Below are positions 51,088 through 62,743 of a stretch of 64,000 nucleotides of DNA, piece after piece. Below the pieces are notes generated by a model, which saw only the letters and a program-made list of their open reading frames with translations, was not told the DNA's origin and did not search any database. The stretch comes from Camelus dromedarius. Its lineage: Eukaryota. The DNA lies in contig NC_087436.1 in the NCBI RefSeq assembly GCF_036321535.1, positions 118,236,001 to 118,300,000 of the forward strand, given 5' to 3'. Numbering within the stretch: the stretch's first letter is position 1; every line of letters starts with the position of its first letter. The translations under genes and the position numbers were made by a program.

Positions 51088-51125
51088 AGACATCAAGCCA
51101 GACAACATACTGCTCGATGAACACG
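51088..51125 (+). CDS. STK32B: STK32B internal 38-nt coding micro-exon (probably exon 5 by human numbering); encodes (R)DIKPDNILLDEH(G), the kinase catalytic loop
   Basis: Polypyrimidine tract and CAG acceptor (AG 51086-51087), donor G|GTAAGC at 51126. Reads A GAC ATC AAG CCA GAC AAC ATA CTG CTC GAT GAA CAC G, phase 2 to phase 1, and joins the 63557 exon in frame. DIKPDN fits STK32B as I recall it (STK32A DMKPDN, STK32C DVKPDN). Confidence 0.95.
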
Positions 51126-51399
51126 GTAAGCCTGCTGTGAGTGCTTTTCAGTGGGAGGCTGAGGCTCCGGGAATTTAGCGGGGGTCCTGGGGAGCTGGAT
51201 TGTCGGGTGATGAGAGAGCCTTTTTGGATTTCGATCCTGGTGAATGAACACCCGTGTGAATTTCTGGCCCATGTTCTGCTGCCGTGAGTCGAGTCTAACG
51301 TATTTGAAGGTGTCACATCTGGAGACGTCACACTGTTCACGTCCTGGTGGGGGGACGGGCGGGCACAAGCGGGAGTGGAGGGCTGGGAAGCTCCGAGTC

Positions 51400-51560
51400 T
51401 CCACCCCCAGCTCCCTGACCTGTGAACCCAAGGCTTCAGAAAAGGCACTGACCTCTCTGAGCCTCAGTGTCATCTTCTGTGAAACAGGGGAAATGGTGCC
51501 CACCTTCCAGATCGTCACGGGGATCAAATGAGATAGTGCGTGCTTGGCAAACCAGACATC
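51400..51560 (+). mobile_element. MIR
   Basis: CTCTCTGAGCCTCAGTGTCATCTTCTGTGAAACAGGG. Confidence 0.75.
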
Positions 51561-53095
51561 AGTAGTCAGGAATCTGCGGAGCCGTCCCTCAGCCAGGCTT
51601 GCCAAGCTGCCAGGGGCAGGTGGGGTCTGGCGGCTTCTTTCCCTGATTCAGCAGATTGGAGGTGGGCCTGGGGTTCTGCCTTTCTGGCAGCTCCCGGATG
51701 AGGCTGAGACGGCTGGTTCCTGGAGAAGCTCCGTGTCAGGGGCTCCCCGACTCTGGTCTTGCTGGGATCTCCTGGGGCACTTGGTGAGAATCAGAGGCCA
51801 GACCGTGTCCTGTTCAGAACACTTGGGCCTCTGCTCTGGGTCAGTCCCCGGGACACGGTACCCAGCCAAGTCAGGACTGAGTCAGGAGCGCAGCCCAGCA
51901 ATGACTGGCCGTCACTGCCGCCCATGCCAGCGGCAGCTTTGCCGACAACCACCAGGCAGCCTTGAAGACTACAGTCGCTGGCGTTGCTTCAGGGACTTGT
52001 GCCCCGAGGGCTTTGGGGAGTGGGGGCTGGAGTGAGCGGGTGGGGATCTCTCTGAAAGCTGAGTGCTGCTGAGTCGTTCGGGGTGAGTCTGCCGCCTCTT
52101 CTGTGTGGTTCCCCTGGACCTCCCTCCCCTAGGCCCCGCGGGCTGAGGCCGTGGCTCCTGCTCACGGCCTAGCCTTCCTAGGACTTGCGTGTGTCACCAG
52201 TGTGTCTCAGGGAGTCCTACTCATTGTGTAAACCCCTTGGTACTGGGAGGCAGGGTCGGAGTGCTGCTTGGGACCATCTGAGCTCCCATCTCCTGCCAGG
52301 GGCTGAAGCCAGACGGAGCGCTTGGAGCAGTGAGCTGAAATCCCTGACGTCGGGATCTCTGCTCCTGAAAGGGTGGCCTCAGGGCGCCAGGGAAACTGGG
52401 CAGGGCTGAGGATGCCAATCAAGGTCCCCAGTGTGTATCTAAAAGTCAGGATCCCCAGGCCTGGATCTCAGCTGACCCCCCAACGAGGTGTGAGTCTTCA
52501 GGCAAGCTGCAGAACAGAAGTATCACCACCTCACAGGGTGGCGAAGGTCTGAGACAGGACGATGAAGGTCTTCTGCTGTCACAGCCCCGGGACATGAAGG
52601 GTGCTCAGGATGGGCTAATATTGGCTTATGTTACTCAGCTTCTCCTGTCCCTTCTCTGCTCAGGTCACAGAAGCAGGTGACATGGAGGGGGGAGAAGGCA
52701 CAGGCTGGGCTCTGCAGGACCCGTGGCAGGGCAGTCCCCGAATCCAGGGCGCTGGTGGGCAGGGTTCTGGGCAGAGCCCTCAGCGCCCTGCCTAGTGACT
52801 GAGAGAGACTTTCAGACAAAGACCTTTCAGGCCCCAGGCAGCTTTTCGGAAGCAAGATTAAGGCAGGAACACCAGGAATAGGACTAATTCAGCCACTTCA
52901 CCTTGAGGCAGGGCGCCTCGGGGAGCCTCCGGGGTCACCTGGGCCTGCCTGGGGGAGGGCCTGGCTTTTCCACGTGGGGAGATCGACTTCCCCAAAGATG
53001 GGCAGAGAGCCAGGAGAGAGAGACAGAAGGGCAGTGCCTGCGTTTTGCCCTGTGTGTCACTGAGGGCCCTAGCCCAAAGTTCACTGACCAGGTAC

Positions 53096-53425
53096 TGTCA
53101 GCTTTCTGTATCTGGGGGTTCCATGTTCTCAGATTCAACCAACCTCGGCTCGAAAACATTTAGAGGGAGAAAACATTCCAGAAAGTTCCAAACAGCTGAA
53201 CTTGAATTTGTTGCATGCCCGCAACTATTTACACAGCATGTACATGTGTATTTGCAACTATTATGTAGCATTTGCATTGTGTTGGGTATTAGAAGCAAGT
53301 ATTCAGGACGTGTGTGGGTTATGTGAAAATACTATGCTGTTTTATATAAGGAACTTGAGCATCCAAAGATTTTGGTGTTGGCGTGGGTCCTGGAACCAAT
53401 CCCCTGCAGGTACCACAGGACACCT
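53096..53425 (-). mobile_element. MER2-family TcMar-Tigger DNA transposon
   Basis: GATTCAACCAACCTCGGCTCGAAAACATT...GAACTTGAGCATCCAAAGATTTTGGT...GTCCTGGAACCAATCCCC. Confidence 0.85.
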
Positions 53426-53549
53426 GTGGCTCTGTCCTCTTCTATGTGCAGGAATGATTCCTTCAGTTTTGCAGACCTGCCACAGGCCAGGCATTGCACC
53501 AGGGACTGAAGGACACAGAACCCCTGTGGTCAAGGGCCTCGTGGTCTAG

Positions 53550-53717
53550 GGTGGCGGTTCTCAGCCACGGCTGCACATCACCAGGAACTGGAAAAAGTGC
53601 CAAAGCCGGGGGGTCATCCGCAGAGGTTTGACTCATCTTGCAGGAGAATGTACTCAGTGGGGGAGATTTTTAAAGTTTTTAAAAGCCAGGTGGTTCTAAG
53701 GTGGAGCCAGGGCTGAG
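53550..53717. mobile_element. MER5-type hAT-Charlie element
   Basis: GGTTCTCAGCCACGGCTGCACA...CCAGGTGGTTCTAAGGTGGAGCCAGGGCTGAG. Confidence 0.65.
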
Positions 53718-54090
53718 GGAGGGTCAGAAAATGAAACAGGTGATTCCAACCCAGTGGGGTCAGTGCTGGGATGGGCCGGGGTGAGGCTGTGTAATAGCAG
53801 AAGGGCAGCAAGGCCAGGGCAGGGGGAGGGCAGGAGGGCTTCCTGGATCCGGCAGCCTGAGTGGGCTCAACGCAGCATTGGGGAGCAGAGCATCCCAGAG
53901 GGCAAGTGAGATGCTCCTCTGGCAGGAAGCCATGAGGACCCCACACGTTTTTGACTATTTCATAGCTCGCTGTGAAGTATAGAACTCACTCTTTTCTCAT
54001 GGCCTTGGGATGGACACCTGGGGATCGTAAACTTGACCTGTGGATCAGGTGACCCACAGCCAGGCCAGCAGAACGAATTTGTTTTCTTGT

Positions 54091-54500
54091 TATATTAACC
54101 GTGTCTTCTACTTTATATATTCTGATGCTTGATCTCTGCACACTTCAGGCCACTATCCACCTGCCCTAATCACCCCCAGTGCCAGGCCCAGGCACCAGAC
54201 ACCCAGGGACAGTTCCTGTGCCCAGAACCCCTGAAATTATTCAGACTAGCCAGTCCTAAGCCTGCTTGCCCTACCCCACCTGCTCCTTCTCACAAAAACC
54301 ACCAGAAAGTTCTTGCCCCAGTTTTCTCCCTCTCCCTCTGTCTCATGACCAACCCCTGTGCCTCCCCTGGTGGCCCCCACACAGCGTGATGTGCCCTCTC
54401 CTCTTGGGATCTGTGAGTAACTCTCTTCTCCAAGGCAATTGTCTCCTAATCTGTTGGTCTTACTGTCCCTCAAAGTTTCTATGAACAGACTTTATTTCAG
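54091..54500 (+). mobile_element. MER74-type ERVL LTR with an apparent internal deletion
   Basis: GGCCACTATCCACCTGCCCTAATCACCCC...GAAATTATTCAGACTAGCCAGTCCTAAGCCTGCTT...CTCTTGGGATCTGTGAGTAA. Confidence 0.8.
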
Positions 54501-55073
54501 AGCCCTTATTAGCTGGAGGTATTTCAAAGAATTGTCTCTCCATCTGTCGCTAACATATTTGTTGATAAATGCGATGAGTGCCCCCCAGAATCGCAGAGGC
54601 CAGCAGCAGCAACACCCCCTTCTCTTTTGTCAAAACACTGTCTGTGCCGTCTCCACCACGCCGGCAAGAGGCTCCGGGAAATGCGCAAGTCCGGCATGTG
54701 TTGTTTCCAGAGCTTCTGATGCAGGGACTGGGGCAGCTGAGGAGGACGTGGAGAAGGCCGCCCGGGCAAGCGTGGGGGGCAGAGCTGTTTCTGCTGAGCC
54801 TGGGGAGCAGGTGTCATTATTCTAGACGGGATTCCAGGAGCTTAAGGATAAGGGATAGGGATGTGGTTTAATGCTATTCTGGTGTCCTTGGGAGGGTTGT
54901 AATGAGGTTCTTTCTGAAGGCTGCTGGGAGGGAAAGGATCCCGCACAGTGTGATGTCTTAAAGTCCTAAGGACCCCGTGCTGGAATCCGTGGTGGATGGA
55001 TGCAAGGCTGGGAATGACAGTGGAAGGGGATTGGGGTGTGGGGGGCCCAGGGGAGAAGCCTAGACCAGTCAGG

Positions 55074-55445
55074 TTGCCATGGACTGAATGTGTCTCCACC
55101 AAAATTGATATATTGAAGCCTTAGCCCCCAGTGTGATGGCACTTGGAGCTGGGGCCTTTAGGAAGTCAAGAGGTTTGGAAGAAGTGATGAGGTTGGAGCT
55201 CCCATAATGGGATTTTGCCCCGTAAGGGGATGAAGGACCAGAGGTCTCTCTCTCTCTCCACCATGTGAGGATACAATAAGGAGGCTGCCATGTAAACCAG
55301 GAAGAGGGCCCTCACCAAGAACCCGATCATGCTAGAACCTTGATCTTGGACTTCCAGCCTCCAGGACTGTGAGGAATAAATGTTTGATGTTTACGCCACC
55401 CAGTCTAGGGTATTCTGTTTTGGCAGGCCGAGCCAGCTGGGACAA
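55074..55445 (+). mobile_element. MLT1A/MST-type MaLR LTR
   Basis: ATGGACTGAATGTGTCTCCACCAAAATT...CTTGGACTTCCAGCCTCCAGGACTGTGAGGAATAAATG. Confidence 0.88.
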
Positions 55446-56166
55446 ACCCATCATGGTAGTGAGTTTCCTGTCACTGGAAGCAAGCAAAGGCTAGATGTTC
55501 ATTCATCAGTAATACAACTCTCCGGCCAGGTTCTGAAGAAAGAACAGGTCTGCCAGTGAGAGGAGAGGGAGAAGCATTCTAAATGGTGCCAAAGTCTTGG
55601 AGGTGTGATGAATTTCCATGTGTTCAGAGCAAGGAGGGAAGCACGGCTGGAGGGCAGGATGTATCAGCAGGGCTGATTATTGATTATTGATACACTCATT
55701 AAAACTTCTACTAATGGGCCTCATGCAATATCCTGGGCACCTTCTCCCTCTGAGTTTTGAACGTTTTACAGATACGGAAAGCAAAGCGCCGAAAATTCAG
55801 TTCGTAGTTGCACGTTTTGTAGTAAATTTCCACTCTCCTGAGAAGGAACTCAGAGGAGACCTTGTATGGCACTAATTTTCACTTTCCCACATCTTGACTC
55901 AACCGTTAAAGGAGGCACACCGGGAAGTTACAGCTCATCAGCTAGCCGGGACAGACCCCAGGAGTGGGGCTCCGCTGTCTGGCGCACCTGCTGTACGTGA
56001 ACGCCTGCGTGTCCACCAGTGGGGCTGCTTCAGGACTGCCCCAGAGCCTCCGTCCCCAAGGGCCTGAAGGGGACAGCAGGGGGAGGGAAGTGCCCGGCCC
56101 GGAGAGGCTGGAGACAAACACAGCTCCCCAGGTGTCCGCTGCTGACGGTGGACGGCTCTCTGGTCT

Positions 56167-56720
56167 TGATACAGGAAAAATGAATGTGAGGTGAGAGGAT
56201 GGTCGTGTCCCAGGCCTCGGCTGAGTCCCTGGGAAGCACCCCGCCAAAAGCGGGTCCTTGGCTTCCAGCAGGAAATAATTCACAAGAGAGCCGCAGTGGA
56301 GTAAAGGTAGATTTATTCAAAGATACACATTCCATAGACAGAGTGCTGGCTGGTTCAGAAGGCAAGAGAAAGGCCAGGAGGTGTCGGGGTTGGGTGCTTA
56401 ATAGATACACACTCCATAGATAGTGTCCTCACTCAGAAGAGGGAGCCAACAGTTTTCATGGGCTCGCTAATTTCACATGCTAACAAGTGGGGAAGGGGCT
56501 GGGATTCCCAGGAATTAGGCCATCGCCCACCTTTTTACCTTTTATGATCAGCCTTAGAATTGTCCTGGCGCCTACGGGAGTACCATTTGGCAGCTGTTGT
56601 ATTACAATGAGCGTATATTGAAGCTCAAGGTCTCCTGGGAGTTGAATCTTCTGCGTCTTGGTGCTAATGGCTGTGTCATTCTTTTAATGGTTGTGCCCTG
56701 CCCTCTGCTCTCCTGTCTCA
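56167..56720 (-). mobile_element. Complete 554-nt ERV1-type solo LTR with a perfect 4-nt TSD
   Basis: TG...CA termini flanked by GTCT at 56163-56166 and 56721-56724; minus-strand AATAAA at 56312-56317. Confidence 0.9.
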
Positions 56721-58339
56721 GTCTCTGGAACTTCAGGCTACTCTTCTGTTAGAAAAAAAGGGGGTGGGGGTGGGGGCGGTAGTTATACCTTCCTGACAAG
56801 AGTGCTTCAAGGCTCAGCATGATCTTCGTGATCTTCACAAGCCAGAGTGATTCTCTAAAGTGAGTCGGGTCATGCCTCTCCTTCTCAGAACCCTCTCACT
56901 GGAGTGAAAGCCATCTGAGCCCCTTTCCCTCTTCCTCCGTCTGCCCGGCGCCTGACTGGTCCTTGGCAGGACCGCTGTCCTCCCCTCATCCCCCCACCGG
57001 CTCCCTCTGCCATCGTCCACAGTCCTCCCCACCGCTTGCTGCCTCTCTTCTTCAAGTCTTTGCTCACAGGTCACATCCTCAGTCCCTAACCACACTGTTT
57101 AATGCTGACAACCACCCTACAAGGTACTTAGTAATATTAGCTCCATTCTCCATCGGAAGAATCAGAGGCTTATAGAGTGAAATAACTGTCCAAATCCCAT
57201 AGTAAGTGGCTGCATCAACCAGGACACCAGTGGTGTGTGGCAAGGAGCAGGGAGCCCACCCCAAATACTCACAAGCAATACAGGGTGTTTTTCAGCTTGA
57301 ATCGCTTTGGCCCAGGGGACTGCGGCTTCAGACAGGGTTTGATCAGGCACCAGTCTCAGCCTTATCCTAGGATAGCCTTCAACTTGAGGTTGCCTTTCTT
57401 TGTGGTAGCCAATGCCTTCTGCAGTGCTGGGGGGTCATACCCCACATCACATCGGCCAAAGGCAGAGAATATCGCTTCAGGTAGCTCCCAGGGGGAAAGA
57501 GAAAGAAAACTCTTCATTCCCTAACCCCCCTGGAAAATCACCTCCCCGGTTTTCATTGGTCCCAATTGGGTCGTATGCCCAAACCTGAGCCAACTGTTAG
57601 AGCCAAGGGGTGAGGTTAGCCTGGCTGGCCCCAGCTGGAGCCACGTGCCCCAGCCCAAAGCCAGAGGTGCCGAGATGAGTAGTTGCTAAGGTAAGGGAAT
57701 CTGAGTGGCCACAAGCAGCAAATGGCCTCCGCAGTAGCACAGCTGTTTGTCCCAGGGCAATCTGACCCTAAAGGCGATGTTTCTAACCACCTTGCTCCAA
57801 GCCTCTCAGCTGGGGCAAGTGCACCGTTATTGTATGCACATGATGTTCTCCTAAGCCCAGAAGTGCCGAAAGGCTCAACTGAAAGAGCCGTGCAAATTAA
57901 GAGGCGGCTGTAAAGATTGAGAGACAAGCTTTAACTGCTTTTCAAAGACTCAAAAAAATTTTTTTCGACACAAGTTTTTTTCTCTTAAAGTCCAGTTTCT
58001 CCTCATGGACGTTTACTGTGGCCCAGGCTCCTTCTGTTTTGTTGCTTCTCATCTGTGTGGCCTAAAATATCCCCCCAAGTCCACATAACAGGCAACAGAG
58101 TGGGGGAGGGGTGGGGGAAGGAGGGAATTCTCATGCCCTTTAAGGAAGTAGCCAGGAAGTTGTAGGTACCATTCTTCTCATATCGCGTTGGTCAGAACCT
58201 GGTCATATGACCATAGCCAGCTGCTAAGGGAGGCTGGGAAATGTAGTCTTTAGCCATGGACTTAGATAAAAATCTTATTTACTGTCTGAGAAGGGGAGAT
58301 GAGATATTGGGAGATAACTAACAGCTTCTGCTATGGAAG

Positions 58340-59660
58340 ATTAATAGATAGCCAAATCTGAGATAAATAAGCAAAACTTAATAACTTTTTATTATAGTAA
58401 AAACAACTAGATAGAAAAAAAAAAGTGACCAAAACTATATAATACCTAGGGAGAAACTTACCCAGGGATTTACGAGGTCTAAATGAAGAGAACACCAAAC
58501 ATACACTGAAGGAATAAAGCAAGGATTAAATGAAAGGCAGAGCATGACCCTGGGTGGATTACGTGTCCACGCTTCCCACACAGATGTGTAACAAAGTTAA
58601 TTCCTATCAGAATCTTAATGGAAGTATTTCCTAAAGCTGGACAGAATTCATCTCCAACAAATAAATATCGGAGAGTTACCAAGAAAACACTGAAAAAAAA
58701 ACTATCATCTAATATTATAATGGACTACACATCTATTAAGTGAGTGAAAATAGTTCTGGTCCATCAATAAATCATAGGTCAGTGGAACAGAGGAGAGACT
58801 CTATAAACAGATCCACATGTATGTGTGACTTCATGTAAAGTGAAGATCACATCACAGTTATTGAGAAAGGATGAATTTTTCAATAAATGTTGTTGAGACA
58901 AATGGCTATCTTTTTGGAAGAAATAAAATCAGAATGCTCTATCATAATATATAGAAAAATATGATTGAAAGATTTAAGTATAAAAGACAAATTACATACA
59001 TATTAGAAGAAAATATCAAAGAATATGTAAAATCTTGGAAGTGGAATAGGTTTCTGGAAACTGGAAAGTTTTAAGAAAAATAATACTTGGGAACTATGAA
59101 CATAATATATTGTTTGAATTTTTTAAACTTTCGTATGGGAGAGATCCTACAGACAAAGTCAGAGAACAGATAGTAAGCTAGGAGACTGCATCTGCTGGAG
59201 ATGAAGCAGAGAACAGGGCAAATGTACTGAATGGACAAGGAGCTCTGATTAAAAACTGACCAGGATTCTAGACAGTTCACAGGGATACTGGTCACATGAA
59301 AACTGTGAGGCCTCATCAGCACTGAGATACCATCTCTCACCATCTGCTAACAATCAACAAGTAAGATTATTGATAGTGTTGGTAAAAGTGCAGAGAACAC
59401 TCTTACATTCTGTTTACAGTACCATCAATAGTCACTTTTTGGAACATGAAATGCATACACTTTGATCTGTCACTCCCTCCTCTGGGAATTTATCCAGGAA
59501 ATAAAAGTACCAGTATATAAAGATATGCTCAAGAATGCTATTGCTGCATATTTTATAAGAACAAGACAAACAAGCAAACAAAGCTGGAAACAGCCTGAGC
59601 ACTGTAATAGGAGAATTGTTGAATAAAATATGATACAGTCGCACTGTGGAACACTGGCGA
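58340..59660 (+). mobile_element. Decayed old L1M ORF2 3' region
   Basis: AATACCTAGG...TTTTCAATAAATGTTGTTGAGACAA...CTGAGATACCATCTCTCACC...CTCTGGGAATTTATCC. Confidence 0.8.
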
Positions 59661-59663
59661 GTA

Positions 59664-60032
59664 CAGGGCCACAGTTTCTTACCTGAAATTCTTGGGGCCA
59701 AACATGCTTTCACAACTCAGAAGTTTTCAGATTTGAAAATATACTTACATTAAATACTATATCATAATAATCTGAAAATAAAGTGTCTAATATATAATAA
59801 TATTTTAAATAATGTATACCATGTATAATGTAATATATACTGTATACCATGTATCAAGGCTTAGGGAACATCTTGTAATCAAATATATAAATATTTCTAT
59901 AGCAGAAGATGAATATTCACCCTAAGAATCAACAGAGTTATGAAGAGAAGTTCTCGGTCAGGTTTATCACCAAGGGAATGACAACAAAGAAAAAATTTGG
60001 ATTTAGAATGCAGGATAAGGGATTGTGGGTCT
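59664..60032. mobile_element. MER96-like hAT DNA transposon
   Basis: Imperfect TIRs CAGGGCCACAGTTTCTTACCTG and CAGGATAAGGGATTGTGGGTC. Confidence 0.55.
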
Positions 60033-60564
60033 CATAGGTAGACCTATGTATCTTGATTTGGAAATATGTCCTTGATAAACGGTTAAATGCAAAAGTAACT
60101 TTTAGAATAACCCATGGAATATAATCTCTTTATTGTAAGAACAAACTAGAGTCCCAGCATATGTGGATGTAATTTGCATAAGCAAAGGGAGAAATAACGG
60201 AGGATTGAGTGGATCAGTGAGTGCATATGGCGAGGAGAGGAGACGCTGGGGAGTTGAAAGGACAGATTCAAACACATTTAGATTCTGTGACTTGTAATGA
60301 GCTGGCATTACTTTCATACTGCAAATATTTTTAAAAATTATAAGAGGGGGAGAAATGATAAAAACCAAGTAAACACCACATTCCAATAAATTCGCAGTCT
60401 TGTTTTAGACTGTGATGTATGTGAGAGTAGGTGGACATCTGAGTCACATCTGCATCCCACACCTGTACATTCCCAAACACAGCAGCACCACTGGGAGTGG
60501 GTTCTGCAATCTTCGAATGTGGCATTTATTTGGTTTTCTGTCATTTCTCCCCCTATTAAAACCA

Positions 60565-60760
60565 CCATATATAAAAATAGATAAAAAACAAATTTCTTCT
60601 GTATAGCACAGGGAACTATATTCGATATCTTATAATAACCTTTAATGAAAAAGAACATGAAAACAAATATGTGTATATATATGAATGGGACACTGCTGTA
60701 TACCAGAAATTGACACATTGTTACTGACTACTTCAATTTGAAAAATAAAAAAGGAGAAGA
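60565..60760 (+). mobile_element. L1 3' end
   Basis: CTGTATAGCACAGGGAACTATATTC...GCTGTATACCAGAAATTGACACATTG followed by an A tail. Confidence 0.88.
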
Positions 60761-60859
60761 AGAAATGAGGAAATGAGAGGGTGAAGGGGTGGGTTGGCCC
60801 TGGCTGAAGAAAATGAGATCGGAAGCACACCTTGGCAAGACAGTACTGCTAAGAGCAAA

Positions 60860-61080
60860 TACTTGTAAGAAATCCTCTAATGCCTGTGTTTTGATATGCT
60901 CTAACCATTTCAGGTGTGTTAACTCCCCAACAGCCCTCTGAGTTGGGCATTTTGCTATGTCATCGTCCCCATTTTACAGATGAGAAACCCAAAGCCCAAA
61001 GAGATTAAGTTATTTGCCCAAGGTCACATAACTGGTCATGACAAAGCTGAGACCCAGACCAAGGCAGTGTGACTCAGCGT
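60860..61080 (-). mobile_element. MIR
   Basis: CCCCATTTTACAGATGAGAAACCC...TTGCCCAAGGTCACA. Confidence 0.85.
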
Positions 61081-61724
61081 CTGTGTACCCAGCTCCTGCG
61101 CCGCGCTGCCTCTCTGCCGTCAGGACCGCGGGTTCCTGAGTGGGAGGGATGCTCAGCCCAGCCCCAGGGGCTGGAGCAGGCTGGGTGTTTGTAGGGATGC
61201 TACCTGGGTGGGGACATTGTGTGTCTGGCCAGAAAGAGTTCCCAACAAAGTCCTGGCTCAATGACTTAAGCTTTATCTGCAAGTACCTAAAAGGTACTGC
61301 AAATCATCACTGAGTACCTCCTGCTGCATCTCACCTGGGGGCACTGGACAGAGCGCCTGGCAGAGCAGGTCGCTCACACGTTAGTGCTGGCAGCTGAGCC
61401 TGAGATTTGAGATTTGCACATGAAACTGCTGGTGCTTTTTCTGTCCACTGTGACCGATCACATCAGGCAGCCTCTCCCGGGAGACGCTCAGACAGCCTCA
61501 TTACAGCTGCTCCAGCGGCGGTCTGTCCATCTCTTGGAGGTGCCCTCCAGGGCCTCCCAATGTTCCAGTTTTGTATATGCCACCCCTCTATGTATTTAAG
61601 TCCTGCCATCCCAAACACAACTCTCAGATATGATGAAAATCCAACCATTTTCACATGATGTGATGACAAACAGAAAGAAATGTGAATGCATGTATATCAG
61701 GTATTCAAGGGTCTCAGAGAGCTG

Positions 61725-62085
61725 GTTTTATTTTATTTTGTTTTGTTTATTTTTTTAATTCTATAGTACTTCACAATTCTCGAAAGTTGCACACACATGA
61801 TTTCATATAACCCCGTAATAACCTTTTAAAAAAAATCCCCTATATCATTCACCTTCCCTTTCCCCACTGGTAACCCCTAGTTTGTTCTCTGTATCTGGTC
61901 TGCTTCTTTTTTGTTTTGTTCACCAGTTTGTTGTATTTTTTTGATTCCACATACAAGTGACATCATACAGTATTTGTTTTCTCTTTCTGACTTGTTTTCA
62001 CTGAGCATAATGCCCTCCAAGTCCATCCATGTTGCTGCAAGTGACAACATTTCATTCTTTTTTATGGCAGAATAGTATTCCATTG

Positions 62086-62158
<73 letters not shown>

Positions 62159-62200
62159 ATATATTCCACACCTTCTTTATCCATTCATCTGTTGATGGGC
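61725..62200 (-). mobile_element. L1 3' fragment containing an (ATATGT)n expansion
   Basis: Minus-strand ORF 61877..62083 ([29 protein letters not shown]) is a typical L1 ORF2 C-terminus. Confidence 0.9.
62087..62160. repeat. (ATATGT)n hexanucleotide microsatellite, about 12 units
   Basis: Read directly from the sequence. Confidence 0.97.
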
Positions 62201-62621
62201 AGAGCTCTTTTTATATCAAATAAGTTCCCCCAGAGAGCCAGTACCGCCCATTTGGGATTCGCCCCGCCCCCACCTCTCACCCTCCTGTGTCACTTTTTCT
62301 TTTTACCCTCACATCTCCTTGTCTCCTTCCTTCTTCTCTGTCCCTCTTCCTTCCCTCTCAGGTTGTTTGAGCACCTGTTTACAGGTACACTCAGTCTATC
62401 CATGTCTCATCTGCAGCCATTACTTTAGGCTGGGTGAAAGACGGGTCTCAACCTCTAAGCCCACTTACCACTCAGTTTATCAGAGACAGAACTATGGCCC
62501 CCACGGAAGAGCAGACAGACCACAGAACAAGGATGTCCTCAGAGCATGAGAACCCTCGCTTCATGCCCCTCCCCCAACCCAGTGTTTCCCTAAGACAGGG
62601 ATTCTGGACTCACCTGCCTTT

Positions 62622-62743
62622 TTTGTGGGGCGGGAGGAATTAGGTTCTTATTTACTTATTTATAATGGAGGTACTGGGGACTGAGCCCAGGACCTGGTGC
62701 AGGCTAAGCACGTGCTCCACCACTGGGCTATACCCTCCCTCCA
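62622..62743 (-). mobile_element. Camelid tRNA-derived SINE (Vic-1-like) with an 18-nt TSD
   Basis: TSD CTGGACTCACCTG(C/T)CTTT at 62604-62621 and 62744-62761; the body is homologous to the other copies. Confidence 0.92.
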
